From an uncultured bacterium (lineage in GTDB: Bacteria > Deinococcota > Deinococci > Deinococcales > Marinithermaceae), in assembly GCA_964402875.1 (NCBI GenBank), contig CAYODT010000010.1, forward strand, positions 26,727 through 56,905: a stretch of DNA of 30,179 bases, given 5' to 3'. This document shows, piece after piece, positions 1 through 8,394 of the stretch. The notes beneath the pieces are model-generated. The model had not been told where the DNA came from. It did not search any database and saw only the letters and a program-made list of their open reading frames with translations. Position 1 is the first letter of the stretch. Every line of letters starts with the position of its first letter. Position numbers and translations under genes: made by a program.

Positions 1-37
1 TGCCGGGCCGATCGTCCACTGGGGGAAGAGTACCGCT

Positions 38-1150
38 TTAGGCAGAACGCAGCACTTCGTCGATATCAGCAACATCTATACCGAACGCCTTACCCACCGC
101 ACGGTGGGTAAGGCGACCAGCGTGCGCATTTAGGCCCCGGCCCAAAGCAGGATCCTCTCTGAGCGTCGAGAGGCCGTGCTCTGCCAGCTTCAGCACATAG
201 CCAAGGGTCTGGTTGGTGAGGGCGAAAGTGCTGGTACGCGGTACCGCACCCGGCATGTTGGCCACCCCGTAGTGCACCACACCATCAACCATGTAGGTGG
301 GGTTGTCATGAGTGGTGGGATGAATGGTCTCCACGCAGCCCCCCTGGTCCACCGCCACATCCACAATGACTGCGCGCTCCTTCATCGTAGATAGCATCTC
401 TCGTGTGACCAGCCGTGGTGCCTTAGCCCCGGCAACCAACACTGCGCCGATAAGCAGATCGGCGTGTTGAACCGATAGATTGATGTTGGCTTCGGTGGAA
501 GTCAGTGTAACCAAGCGGCCGCTAAATATATCATCCAGATATTGGAGCCGCTGATGGTCTACATCCAGGACAGTCACTTGGGCACCCATCCCCAACGCTA
601 TCTTGGCCGCGTTACTACCCACTACGCCACCCCCGATCACCACCACCGAAGCCGGGCTCACGCCGGGCACGCCACCCAGCAGAATGCCCCGGCCACCTTG
701 CGGGCGCTCTAGGTACTTAGCTCCTTCCTGGGTAGCCATACGTCCCGCGACCTCGCTCATGGGCGTCAGCAAGGGCAGCGAACCATCGGCGAGCTGGACG
801 GTCTCGTAGGCTACGGCAGTGGTACCGGCCGCCAAGAGCGCCTTGGTCAGGGCCTCATCCGCAGCCAAGTGCAGATAGGTGAAGAGTAGGAGATCTCCGC
901 GCAGGTAGGGGTACTCCGGGGCAATGGGCTCTTTGACCTTGATCACCATCCGCGCGCCCCAAGCCTCTTGCGCACTGACCATCCGTGCTCCGGCGGCTTC
1001 GTATTCGCTATCACTCAAACCGCTTCCTAAGCCCGCACCCCGCTCCACCAAAACAGTGTGGCCCCGTTTAGCCAAACTCTCTGCGCCGCCAGGAGTGAGA
1101 GCCACCCGGTTCTCTGAAACCTTGATCTCTTTAGGTACACCGATGACCAT
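38..1150 (-). CDS. ald: alanine dehydrogenase (NAD-dependent)
   Basis: The translation [22 protein letters not shown]...[15 protein letters not shown] matches the Ald family, with the Rossmann motif [10 protein letters not shown]. The ORF track extends the N-terminus to 1423, but a GGAGG SD sits 7 nt before the ATG at 1148-1150, which is where the Ald homology begins. The upstream extension is Trp/Arg-rich and looks like noise. Confidence 0.9.
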   Translation of the reverse strand: MVIGVPKEIKVSENRVALTPGGAESLAKRGHTVLVERGAGLGSGLSDSEYEAAGARMVSAQEAWGARMVIKVKEPIAPEYPYLRGDLLLFTYLHLAADEALTKALLAAGTTAVAYETVQLADGSLPLLTPMSEVAGRMATQEGAKYLERPQGGRGILLGGVPGVSPASVVVIGGGVVGSNAAKIALGMGAQVTVLDVDHQRLQYLDDIFSGRLVTLTSTEANINLSVQHADLLIGAVLVAGAKAPRLVTREMLSTMKERAVIVDVAVDQGGCVETIHPTTHDNPTYMVDGVVHYGVANMPGAVPRTSTFALTNQTLGYVLKLAEHGLSTLREDPALGRGLNAHAGRLTHRAVGKAFGIDVADIDEVLRSA

Positions 1151-1286
1151 AATAACGCCTCCTCTTTTTCCTTTAGAGCATAGGGCCCAACGTATCCCTA
1201 TGGGAAGACCACAGGAATATCCCCTACCCCCTTGCCGGCGGGACCCAAGCATGCCCTCGTTGAAGAGGTAAGCGGGCACAGCGGGT

Positions 1287-2222
1287 CTAGGTTGGTAATA
1301 AAACCCGTTTGATCCGTAGCTTGAAGCCGTCCCCCTCAGCCACCGCCACCAATCGCCGCCGGCCATCCACCAGTGAGACCATACCCTGGGCCGGTACCGG
1401 TAGTGGCACACCCTGCTGGACATACCTAATCTCCGTAGCGGAAAGCTCGAGTACCGGAAACCCCAGAATCTCCGCCTCGTTCAAGGCGTGCTCAGCGTCC
1501 AGAGTATCCGGTATCACGGTACTTCCAAGATCCACACGGCCCACCTGTACCCGCACCAGACCTGAAATAAACCCCACCGTCCCAAGGCGGTTAGCTAAGT
1601 CTCGCGCGAAGGCGCGCACATAGGTGCCAGACCCTACCTCAAGCCTGATCACTGCAGTTAGAAAATTGTCCAGGGGTTCCGGCAGGTTCACCCGTCGTCC
1701 CGCGCGCGTCACCACCGTCCACCCCCCCGACACCGCGGCAATCGCCGCATTACGGAAGGAAGACCCAAAAGAAAGCAGCTCGAGCTTGTTGTATTGCACC
1801 GACCGCGGCTCAAGCTGCAGAACCTTTCCACTGCGGGCCGCCCGGTAAGCCCTAACCCCGCCAACCTTCACCGCGGAATAGGCCGGGGGCACCTGTTCAG
1901 TAACATTCAAAAAACCGGACAGGGCGGTCTCGAGCGCGGACTGGTCGAAGCTGGCTTCAAGGCGGTGTACGATGGGCCCTTCCGCATCCAAGGTTTCGGT
2001 GGTCGCCCCGAAGGAAACCCAGGCCAAGTAGGTCTTCCGCTCACCTACCAGATAGGGCACCAGCTTGGTCGAGGCCTCCGAGGCCAGGATCAATACACCG
2101 GTAGCCAGAGGATCAAGGGTACCGGTGTGCCCCACCTTACGAGTGGAAAGCCGCCGCCGGGCCAACTCGACCACGTCGTGCGAACTCCTGCCCAATGGTT
2201 TATCCACGGCAAAAAGGGCCAT
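1287..2222 (-). CDS. truB: tRNA pseudouridine(55) synthase TruB
   Basis: The N-terminus [18 protein letters not shown]...[17 protein letters not shown] is the TruB catalytic-Asp motif region. The length (311 aa) fits TruB. It is divergent from the next gene. Confidence 0.9.
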   Translation of the reverse strand: MALFAVDKPLGRSSHDVVELARRRLSTRKVGHTGTLDPLATGVLILASEASTKLVPYLVGERKTYLAWVSFGATTETLDAEGPIVHRLEASFDQSALETALSGFLNVTEQVPPAYSAVKVGGVRAYRAARSGKVLQLEPRSVQYNKLELLSFGSSFRNAAIAAVSGGWTVVTRAGRRVNLPEPLDNFLTAVIRLEVGSGTYVRAFARDLANRLGTVGFISGLVRVQVGRVDLGSTVIPDTLDAEHALNEAEILGFPVLELSATEIRYVQQGVPLPVPAQGMVSLVDGRRRLVAVAEGDGFKLRIKRVLLPT

Positions 2223-2384
2223 GCAGCCTGGATTTTATCATCAAGATCGCACAAGTGGTACGGGTATGCTGGAGATCATGAGCCTTCGAGCCTACCAGTC
2301 CCCACAATTCCGGAAACCACAGGAGGGCCAAGACCCTCCAAAGGGAAAGTACCCATCAAGCCTCAAGCAGGAGCTCGAGCTCCG

Positions 2385-3236
2385 ATGACCAGCCCAGCCC
2401 CGCAGGGTGAATATCACACCGAAGAAGTGCGGCTGCAGAAATACCTGGTGCAATCGGGCGCAGCCCCTTCGCGCCGCACTGCCGAAGAGCTCATCCGCGC
2501 TGGCCGGGTCATGGTAGATAACGAAATCGCCACCCTAGGACGCCGGATCCGTCCCGGCGACGTAGTCCACCTAGACGGGCACCGGCTTTCGGCCATAGAA
2601 CAACGCCTGGTACTGGCCTTCAATAAACCCCCCGGGGTCACCACCACACGCAAAGATCCCCACGCCGAGCGCACCGTCTATGAGTTTCTGCCCCAAGTGC
2701 CCGGCCTGCACCCCGTGGGCCGGCTAGACCGCGACTCTGAGGGGCTCTTGCTCTTCACCAACGATGGTACGTTGACCGAGCGTATTACGCATCCCCGCTA
2801 CGGGATACACAAGGTCTACCGGCTATGGTGCCGCGAGGGTACCCTCGGCCCGCAGATCATTCATCTGCTTTCACGCGGAGTGGACCTCGAGGAGGGCCTG
2901 GCCCGCCCGGTATCCGTGGGAGCCAAGCCCGGTGGAGCACTCATGGTACTGGCCGAGGGAAAGAAGCGTGAGATCCGCCGCATGCTGGAGGCTGTGGGCT
3001 ACCACGTGGAGCGCCTCCTCCGCGTGGCAGTGGGGCCGGTGCAGCTTGGCAACCTGGACAGGGGCGCCTGGCGGGAACTGTCCCCTCCAGAGCTCGAGCA
3101 GCTCGGGGCACTGGTGCTCAGGCCGGCCAAGGGCACGGGAATAGCAAGGCAGCCTGGGCGCGACCACAACCGTGGTGCGTCCATGCCCGCAAAGAAACGC
3201 TTTAGTGCACGTAAAGACGGGAAGGATGGAGCATAA
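2385..3236 (+). CDS. RNA pseudouridine synthase, RsuA/RluB family (S4 domain + PUS core, basic C-terminal tail)
   Basis: The S4-like N-terminus EEVRLQKYLVQSGAAPSRRTAEELIRAGRVMVDNEIATLG is followed by the RsuA/RluB core motif GRLDRDSEGLLLFTNDG. The start is taken at the ATG at 2385, which has AGGAG 11 nt upstream. The 1794 start in the ORF track is a spurious extension antisense to truB. Confidence 0.8.
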   Translation: MTSPAPQGEYHTEEVRLQKYLVQSGAAPSRRTAEELIRAGRVMVDNEIATLGRRIRPGDVVHLDGHRLSAIEQRLVLAFNKPPGVTTTRKDPHAERTVYEFLPQVPGLHPVGRLDRDSEGLLLFTNDGTLTERITHPRYGIHKVYRLWCREGTLGPQIIHLLSRGVDLEEGLARPVSVGAKPGGALMVLAEGKKREIRRMLEAVGYHVERLLRVAVGPVQLGNLDRGAWRELSPPELEQLGALVLRPAKGTGIARQPGRDHNRGASMPAKKRFSARKDGKDGA

Positions 3237-3269
3237 AGATACACCCTGCCGTCCAAGTAAGTTCATAGC

Positions 3270-3485
3270 CTACGGCTCGAGCCCCTGAGGTATAAACATC
3301 AAGGTCGCTGGCGCCGGGTTATGGTTCATTTCGGTACCCACATCCGAATAGACCCATAATATCCGCTTCAGTGCCGGTGGGACTACAAAAGGAGCGTCTA
3401 TACCCATGAGTGGTGCCGGGATATGACCGGCGCTGGGATCATCAGCGATGCCCGACATCGGGGTATCGTTCTGGAAACCGGCCAT
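3270..3485 (-). CDS. hypothetical small ORF (71 aa), unsupported
   Basis: This is only an open frame. It has no recognisable homology, no clear SD and non-biased codon third positions. It is listed because it is the only >=60-aa frame in the 560-bp gap between rluB-like and hpt. Confidence 0.12.
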   Translation of the reverse strand: MAGFQNDTPMSGIADDPSAGHIPAPLMGIDAPFVVPPALKRILWVYSDVGTEMNHNPAPATLMFIPQGLEP

Positions 3486-3753
3486 ACCCAGGTACAGCCG
3501 GTATACAAAGTGTCAGCAACGTAGTCAGCCCATATCGCTCGCAAGTTACCGTTACTTAGCTATATGCTCAACCTACTAATCGGTCACCCCCAACCCGGCC
3601 TCACCACAAGACCTAATAAGCTCCGGGGGCAGAAAGACAAATACCGCCCACCATCACTAGGCCCACCACAACCAAATAACACTAGGTGCGGTGAACTATA
3701 GCATCCCGGCACCTCGTTAAGCCCAGCTGCCCTCCCTGTCGCCGCATAAGCAG

Positions 3754-3777
3754 CCACCAGCCCTATAGGGCTGGTGG
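3754..3777. repeat. perfect inverted repeat CCACCAGCCC-TATA-GGGCTGGTGG (10-bp arms, 4-nt loop) 19 nt upstream of the hpt start codon
   Basis: Seen directly in the sequence. There is no flanking U/T tract on either strand, so it is not a canonical intrinsic terminator. It is a candidate operator or RNA structural element in the hpt 5' region. Confidence 0.35.
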
Positions 3778-3796
3778 CCTAGGCTACAATCGGTGC

Positions 3797-4366
3797 ATGC
3801 CTACGCTTATCCAAGGGGGTGGCCAGGTTCAGATCAGTAAGGAGCAGATAGAAACCCGCGTCCAGACCCTAGCCTCGACCATCACCCAGGACTACGCCGG
3901 CGGAAGCCCTCACCTAATCTGCGTGCTGAACGGTGCCTATATCTTTATGGCTGACCTGGTACGGCAGATCGACCTTCCGTTGACCATGGACTTCTTGGCT
4001 CTATCCAGCTACGGCAACACTCATGAGTCCAGCGGTGAAGTGGAATTGATCAAAGATCTCCGGCAGCCCATCGCTGGCCGAGACGTTATTGTAGTGGAAG
4101 ATATCGTCGATACGGGGATAACCCTCACCTATCTGACAGGGTACCTGGAGGCCCGCCGGCCAGCCTCGGTACGAGTAGCTGCATTGCTCTCTAAGCCCTC
4201 AAGACGCATAAGGCCGGTGCGCATCGACTATCTAGGCTTTGAGATCACGGACGCCTTTGTCTATGGCTACGGCCTGGACCGGGCCCAGTTCGACCGTAAC
4301 CTGCCCTTCATCACCTCGGCCACACCGGGCGAAGACACAGGGGCTGAAGCCATAAGCAAGCTATAA
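3797..4366 (+). CDS. hpt: hypoxanthine(-guanine) phosphoribosyltransferase
   Basis: It has the PRPP-binding motif VIVVEDIVDTGITL and an Hpt-like N-terminus (VQISKEQIETRVQTLASTITQDY...LNGAYIFMADL). The length is 189 aa. Confidence 0.9.
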   Translation: MPTLIQGGGQVQISKEQIETRVQTLASTITQDYAGGSPHLICVLNGAYIFMADLVRQIDLPLTMDFLALSSYGNTHESSGEVELIKDLRQPIAGRDVIVVEDIVDTGITLTYLTGYLEARRPASVRVAALLSKPSRRIRPVRIDYLGFEITDAFVYGYGLDRAQFDRNLPFITSATPGEDTGAEAISKL

Positions 4367-4413
4367 GCCCCCTCGCAATATAGAACGTAGTAACATCGGT
4401 CGCGATGATATAC

Positions 4414-4427
4414 GTAGCTATAGCTAC
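4414..4427. promoter_or_regulatory. 14-bp perfect palindrome GTAGCTATAGCTAC, 12 nt upstream of the yhhQ-family start; no SD in between
   Basis: Seen in the sequence. The AT-rich leader (4367-4439) lacks a Shine-Dalgarno site. The palindrome could be an operator or part of a leader RNA structure. I could not match it to the preQ1-I consensus. Confidence 0.25.
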
Positions 4428-4439
4428 TTCGACTTAATC

Positions 4440-5080
4440 ATGGCAGCCTTCGTGGGGGTATTAGCCATCTCCAGCGTTGCCTACACCAAGATCCTGCTGT
4501 TGGGGTCCTTCACCTTCAACAGGGAGATGACACTCTTTCCACCAGCCTATATCTTCGGGGATATTCTCACCGAGGTCTACGGGTACCAGAAGAGCTGGCG
4601 GGTAAATTGGACCAGCCTCTTCTGGGCCTTTACTGCGGCAGCGGCCTTCAGCGCGGTTGGTGCTCTGTCTTCGGCTCCCGGATATGCGCTGGGGGCCGAT
4701 TTCCACGCGATTCTCGGGCAAACCCCGTGGATCATTGCCAGCGACCCACTAGCTTACTTTACCGGTGGGTTCACCAGCAGCTACGTGCCAGCCAAGATGA
4801 AGACATGGGCTTCGGGGCGCCGCCTCTGGACATGCACCATCGGATCCACCCTGGTGGGCGAAGGCCTGGATACCGTGGTGTTTCTAACCGCTGCGCTCCT
4901 CAGATCGTTGCCTGGGAGGTTGCCGGCGGCCGTGTTTATCTCCAACCAACCTTCAAAGTGGGAGTGGAAGCGTTATCGGCACCTGTCACCTACGCCATTG
5001 TTGGCCTTCTCGAGCGGAGCGAGCAGGAGGACTGCCATGACCGCAATACTAACTTCAGCCCCCTCCTGGTGCGGGGATAG
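4440..5080 (+). pseudogene. queuosine-precursor transporter (YhhQ/DUF165 family), apparent +1/-1 frameshift near 4885-4905
   Basis: The frame of 4440 gives family motifs FPPAYIFGDILTEVYGY and GRRLWTCTIGSTLVGEGLDTVVFLTAA, and then degenerates into Arg/Ser-rich junk until 5135. The overlapping frame (ORF 4607-5080) carries the conserved family C-terminus VAGGRVYLQPTFKVGVEALSAPVTYAIVGLLERSEQED. So one gene is split across two frames with the switch around GCTGCGCTCCTCAG (about 4891-4904). Confidence 0.6.
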
Positions 5081-5115
5081 ATATGGATCAGCGACAGTCC
5101 GTGGTGAGGTCTTAA

Positions 5116-8100
5116 ATGGATGCCCTTTGGTATAAAGACGCGGTCATATACGAACTGCTGGTACGCTCGTTCTTCGACGCCAACGGCGACGGTTATGGTG
5201 ATTTCGAGGGACTCAGACACAAGCTGCCTTACTTGGAGCGTTTGGGGGTCGACACCTTGTGGCTGCTACCTTTTTACGAGTCCCCACTCAGAGATGACGG
5301 CTATGATATCTCTGATTACTACAAGATTCTCCCGGTCCACGGCACCTTGGATGATTTCAAGGAGTTCCTAGACGAGGCCCACAGGAAGGGTATGCGGGTA
5401 ATCACCGAACTGGTGCTTAACCATACCTCGGACCAACACCCCTGGTTCCAGGAGTCCCGCCAGCCGGGATCAGCCAGACGCAACTGGTACGTGTGGAGCG
5501 ATACCCCCGAGCGCTACCGGGACGCTCGCGTCATATTCCAGGACTTTGAACACGCCAACTGGACCTGGGACCCGGTGGCACACGCTTACTACTGGCATCG
5601 CTTCTTCTCTCATCAGCCTGATCTCAATTGGGATAATCCTGAGGTAGAAGAAGCACTTAAGCAAGCGTTATTCTTCTGGGCCGACCAGGGCGTGGATGGC
5701 TTCCGCCTGGACGCTATCCCTTACTTGTACGAGCGAGAAGGCACTTCCTGTGAGAATCTACCCGAGACTATCGCGGTGGTTAAGCGCCTTAGAAAAGCGC
5801 TCGAGGAGCGATATGGCCCTACCAAGATCCTGCTGGCCGAGGCCAATCAGTGGCCCGAGGACACGCTTCCTTATTTCGGAAACGGGGATGGGGTACACAT
5901 GGCCTACAACTTTCCGCTCATGCCTCGCATGTTTTTGAGCCTGCGCAGGGAAGATCGCGGCCCTATAGAACAGATGCTCGAGCTCACCAGCGGGATCCCC
6001 GAGACTGCCCAATGGGCCCTCTTCCTACGGAACCACGATGAGCTGACCCTTGAGATGTTGGTGGACGAAGAGCGCGACTATCTGTACCACGAATACGCCA
6101 CCGATCCCCAATATCGCATCAATCTGGGTATACGCCGCAGGCTGGCGCCCCTCTTGGGCGGCGAGCGGCGCCGTATCGAGCTTATGAATGCACTACTTTT
6201 CTCGTTGCCCGGAACGCCGGTCCTTTACTATGGGGACGAGATCTGCATGGGCGATAATCCCTTCTTGGGCGATCGTAACGGGGTACGCACACCCATGCAG
6301 TGGAGTGCAGACCGTAACGCCGGCTTCTCTAGTGCGCCCTTCCATAAGCTATTTCTACCACCGGTTCAGGAGGGGCCCTACAGCTTCAACTTCGTCAACG
6401 TAGAAGCTGAGGAGGCTAACCCCCACTCGTCACTCACTTTTACGCAGCGGCTGCTGGGCATACGCAATCAGTACCGAAAAGTATTCGGTCGAGGCAAGCT
6501 CACCTGGCTGTCGGTGGAGAACCGCGCGGTACTGGCCTTTATACGGACCTATGAAGAGGAATCTGTACTGATAGTAGCCAATCTATCGCGCTATGCACAA
6601 TACGCCGATCTTCCCTTGGACGACTGGCAAGGCCTCGTTCCTTATGAGCTTTTCTCGCAGGGCCCCTTTCCCGACATCAACCAAGACCCTTACCCGATTA
6701 CCCTGGGACCACATGGCTTTTATTGGTTCGTGCTGCGGGACCCGGCCTATTATCCACCACCGGTAAGCGAGGAACCGGAGCTGGAGCTGGCCCCTGCGCC
6801 ACGTGCCCTACCGTGGCTGCGCTTCTACGGCGGCCTGGAAACCATTCTGGTGGAAACCATGGCTAAGGGGGATGCCCGGGTAGCGCTCGAGGCCGAGTTG
6901 CCCGACTTCCTCAAGGCGCAGCGATGGTTCCTGAACACTGGGCAGGAAATAGACAGGGTACGCTTGGCCGACGCAGTGCGGCTAACCACCCAGCCGTTAC
7001 CCATCTATATCAGCACCGTCTATACCGACTATGCCGACCAGACTCAAGAACGCTACCTGTTGCCATTGGCGCTTTCCACCGATAGAGAGCAAACCCGCAC
7101 CTTGCTCAGTGACTATCCCAATTGCGGGGTAGCGTTCGTACGCGCGAACGGTGAGCGCGGCCTGCTGTTCGATGCCACCGTCCTGCCGGCTTTCTGGCAG
7201 GTGCTCTACGAGCGTCTCCTAGCCCGCTGGAAGGGACGCGGCCTTAAAAGTAAATATCGCTTTAGTCCCGCCGGCAGCGAGCTCCCAGCAAGCGGCGCGG
7301 CGCGGATTGCTGACGGAGGCCGGTACAACAGCGCAGCGGTCTTAGGTGAGCAGGTCTTCTTGAAGCTCTACCGGCGGCTCGAGCCCGGCCCTAATCCCCG
7401 GGTGGAGCTACAATCCGCCCTACGTCAGCGCGACTTCCCTTTCGTGCCGAAGCTATATGGTACTTTCGTGGTGCAGCAAGGGGAGCAGCCGGTGCACCTG
7501 GGGATGGCGCAAGCCTACCTGGAGGACCTGCAAAGGGAAACCGACCTATTGCATGAGGAGATCCGCCGGGTGATCGAACGTGCCCGCGGCGTTCTGCCCA
7601 GCGGCGATGAACAGGCCACCGCCTTATGGCTCGAGCACCACGCGGCTGAACTGACCACAACAGCCCTGCAGATCGGCACCCGCACCGGGGAGTTACACCG
7701 CACTCTGGCCCAGGCCGAGGGTCCCGGTATCGACCCTATGCCCACACTCACCGAGAACCTGGCCCAAGTGGCGGCGCGCGCTCGGGGCGCTCTAAACAAG
7801 ATGCGAGCGCACCTATCTACAAAGCAGATCGTAGCCGCCGCACAAATGATCGAGGACCTGCCCATGGAAGGCGGCTGGATGATGATCCGCATTCATGGCA
7901 ACTACGACCCTACGCAACTAGTGAGGAGCTCCGGCGAGCTGTACGTTTTGGGTTTCGAGGGCGAGCCTGGTCACCCGCTGTCTGAGCGGCGCGCACCCGG
8001 GCAAGCACTTTCCGATATGGAACGCATGGCACATGGTCTTTGCTGTACATTGCGAAAGAGTATCAAGCAATATGCAGAGTTCAATGAGTCCTCGTCAGCA

Positions 8101-8331
8101 ACGCACATAGGCGAGCAGTTGATTGAGGCCATGGAAGGGGCATACCGAGAGGCTTATCTTGCCACCGCAGGCCAGGACGCTTCCTTCCTACCAGCCGAGA
8201 CCTCAGCCAGGGATAGGTTGTCGAGAGTGTTCCGCCTCATCTACATCCTGGAGTCACTGACTCCCCCTGCCGACGAGTCCACGGAATCTTGTTATGCCGA
8301 AAAGGACCTGCTCCGGCTGCTTGGCTCGTGA
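5116..8331 (+). CDS. treS: trehalose synthase (TreS) with a long C-terminal maltokinase (Mak/Pep2)-like domain
   Basis: The N-terminal 550 aa match GH13 TreS (LVLNHTSDQHPWFQESR, GFRLDAIPYL, LRNHDELTLE). The C-terminal ~450 aa contain maltokinase-like motifs (IRIHGNYDPTQLV; YVLGFEGEPGHPLSERR). At 1071 aa it exceeds standalone TreS. Its position directly upstream of glgB fits the GlgE alpha-glucan pathway. Confidence 0.85.
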   Translation: MDALWYKDAVIYELLVRSFFDANGDGYGDFEGLRHKLPYLERLGVDTLWLLPFYESPLRDDGYDISDYYKILPVHGTLDDFKEFLDEAHRKGMRVITELVLNHTSDQHPWFQESRQPGSARRNWYVWSDTPERYRDARVIFQDFEHANWTWDPVAHAYYWHRFFSHQPDLNWDNPEVEEALKQALFFWADQGVDGFRLDAIPYLYEREGTSCENLPETIAVVKRLRKALEERYGPTKILLAEANQWPEDTLPYFGNGDGVHMAYNFPLMPRMFLSLRREDRGPIEQMLELTSGIPETAQWALFLRNHDELTLEMLVDEERDYLYHEYATDPQYRINLGIRRRLAPLLGGERRRIELMNALLFSLPGTPVLYYGDEICMGDNPFLGDRNGVRTPMQWSADRNAGFSSAPFHKLFLPPVQEGPYSFNFVNVEAEEANPHSSLTFTQRLLGIRNQYRKVFGRGKLTWLSVENRAVLAFIRTYEEESVLIVANLSRYAQYADLPLDDWQGLVPYELFSQGPFPDINQDPYPITLGPHGFYWFVLRDPAYYPPPVSEEPELELAPAPRALPWLRFYGGLETILVETMAKGDARVALEAELPDFLKAQRWFLNTGQEIDRVRLADAVRLTTQPLPIYISTVYTDYADQTQERYLLPLALSTDREQTRTLLSDYPNCGVAFVRANGERGLLFDATVLPAFWQVLYERLLARWKGRGLKSKYRFSPAGSELPASGAARIADGGRYNSAAVLGEQVFLKLYRRLEPGPNPRVELQSALRQRDFPFVPKLYGTFVVQQGEQPVHLGMAQAYLEDLQRETDLLHEEIRRVIERARGVLPSGDEQATALWLEHHAAELTTTALQIGTRTGELHRTLAQAEGPGIDPMPTLTENLAQVAARARGALNKMRAHLSTKQIVAAAQMIEDLPMEGGWMMIRIHGNYDPTQLVRSSGELYVLGFEGEPGHPLSERRAPGQALSDMERMAHGLCCTLRKSIKQYAEFNESSSATHIGEQLIEAMEGAYREAYLATAGQDASFLPAETSARDRLSRVFRLIYILESLTPPADESTESCYAEKDLLRLLGS

Positions 8332-8394
8332 GCCCGGCCTCTCGGGGGTATCGGCTGCGTTACCGGCCTTAGTATGGATTGTAGGAGGCAGGCC

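Noticed and set aside
1151-1423. N-terminal 91-aa extension of the alanine dehydrogenase ORF (track start 1423)
   Set aside because: The extension is Trp/Arg-rich nonsense ([26 protein letters not shown]...). The real start is the ATG at 1150, which has a GGAGG SD and is where Ald homology begins.
1794-2384. Upstream 197-aa extension of the rluB-like ORF (480-aa track ORF), plus ORFs 1309-1623, 1624-1848 and 2065-2388
   Set aside because: They are antisense to or overlap truB, and are low-complexity and Arg/Pro/Gly-rich. The pseudouridine synthase homology starts only at 2385.
3486-3796. SRP (4.5S) RNA, because AAGCAGCC occurs on the top strand and GUGCCGGGAUG on the bottom strand
   Set aside because: The two motifs are on opposite strands and there is no GGAA tetraloop context, so this is a coincidental match. 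No tRNA T-loop (GTTCRANTC) was found either.
4607-5080. ORF 4607-5080 as an independent 157-aa gene
   Set aside because: Its C-terminal 45 aa are the conserved end of the YhhQ-family transporter, and its N-terminal part is out-of-frame noise. It is the downstream half of the frameshifted gene, not a separate gene.
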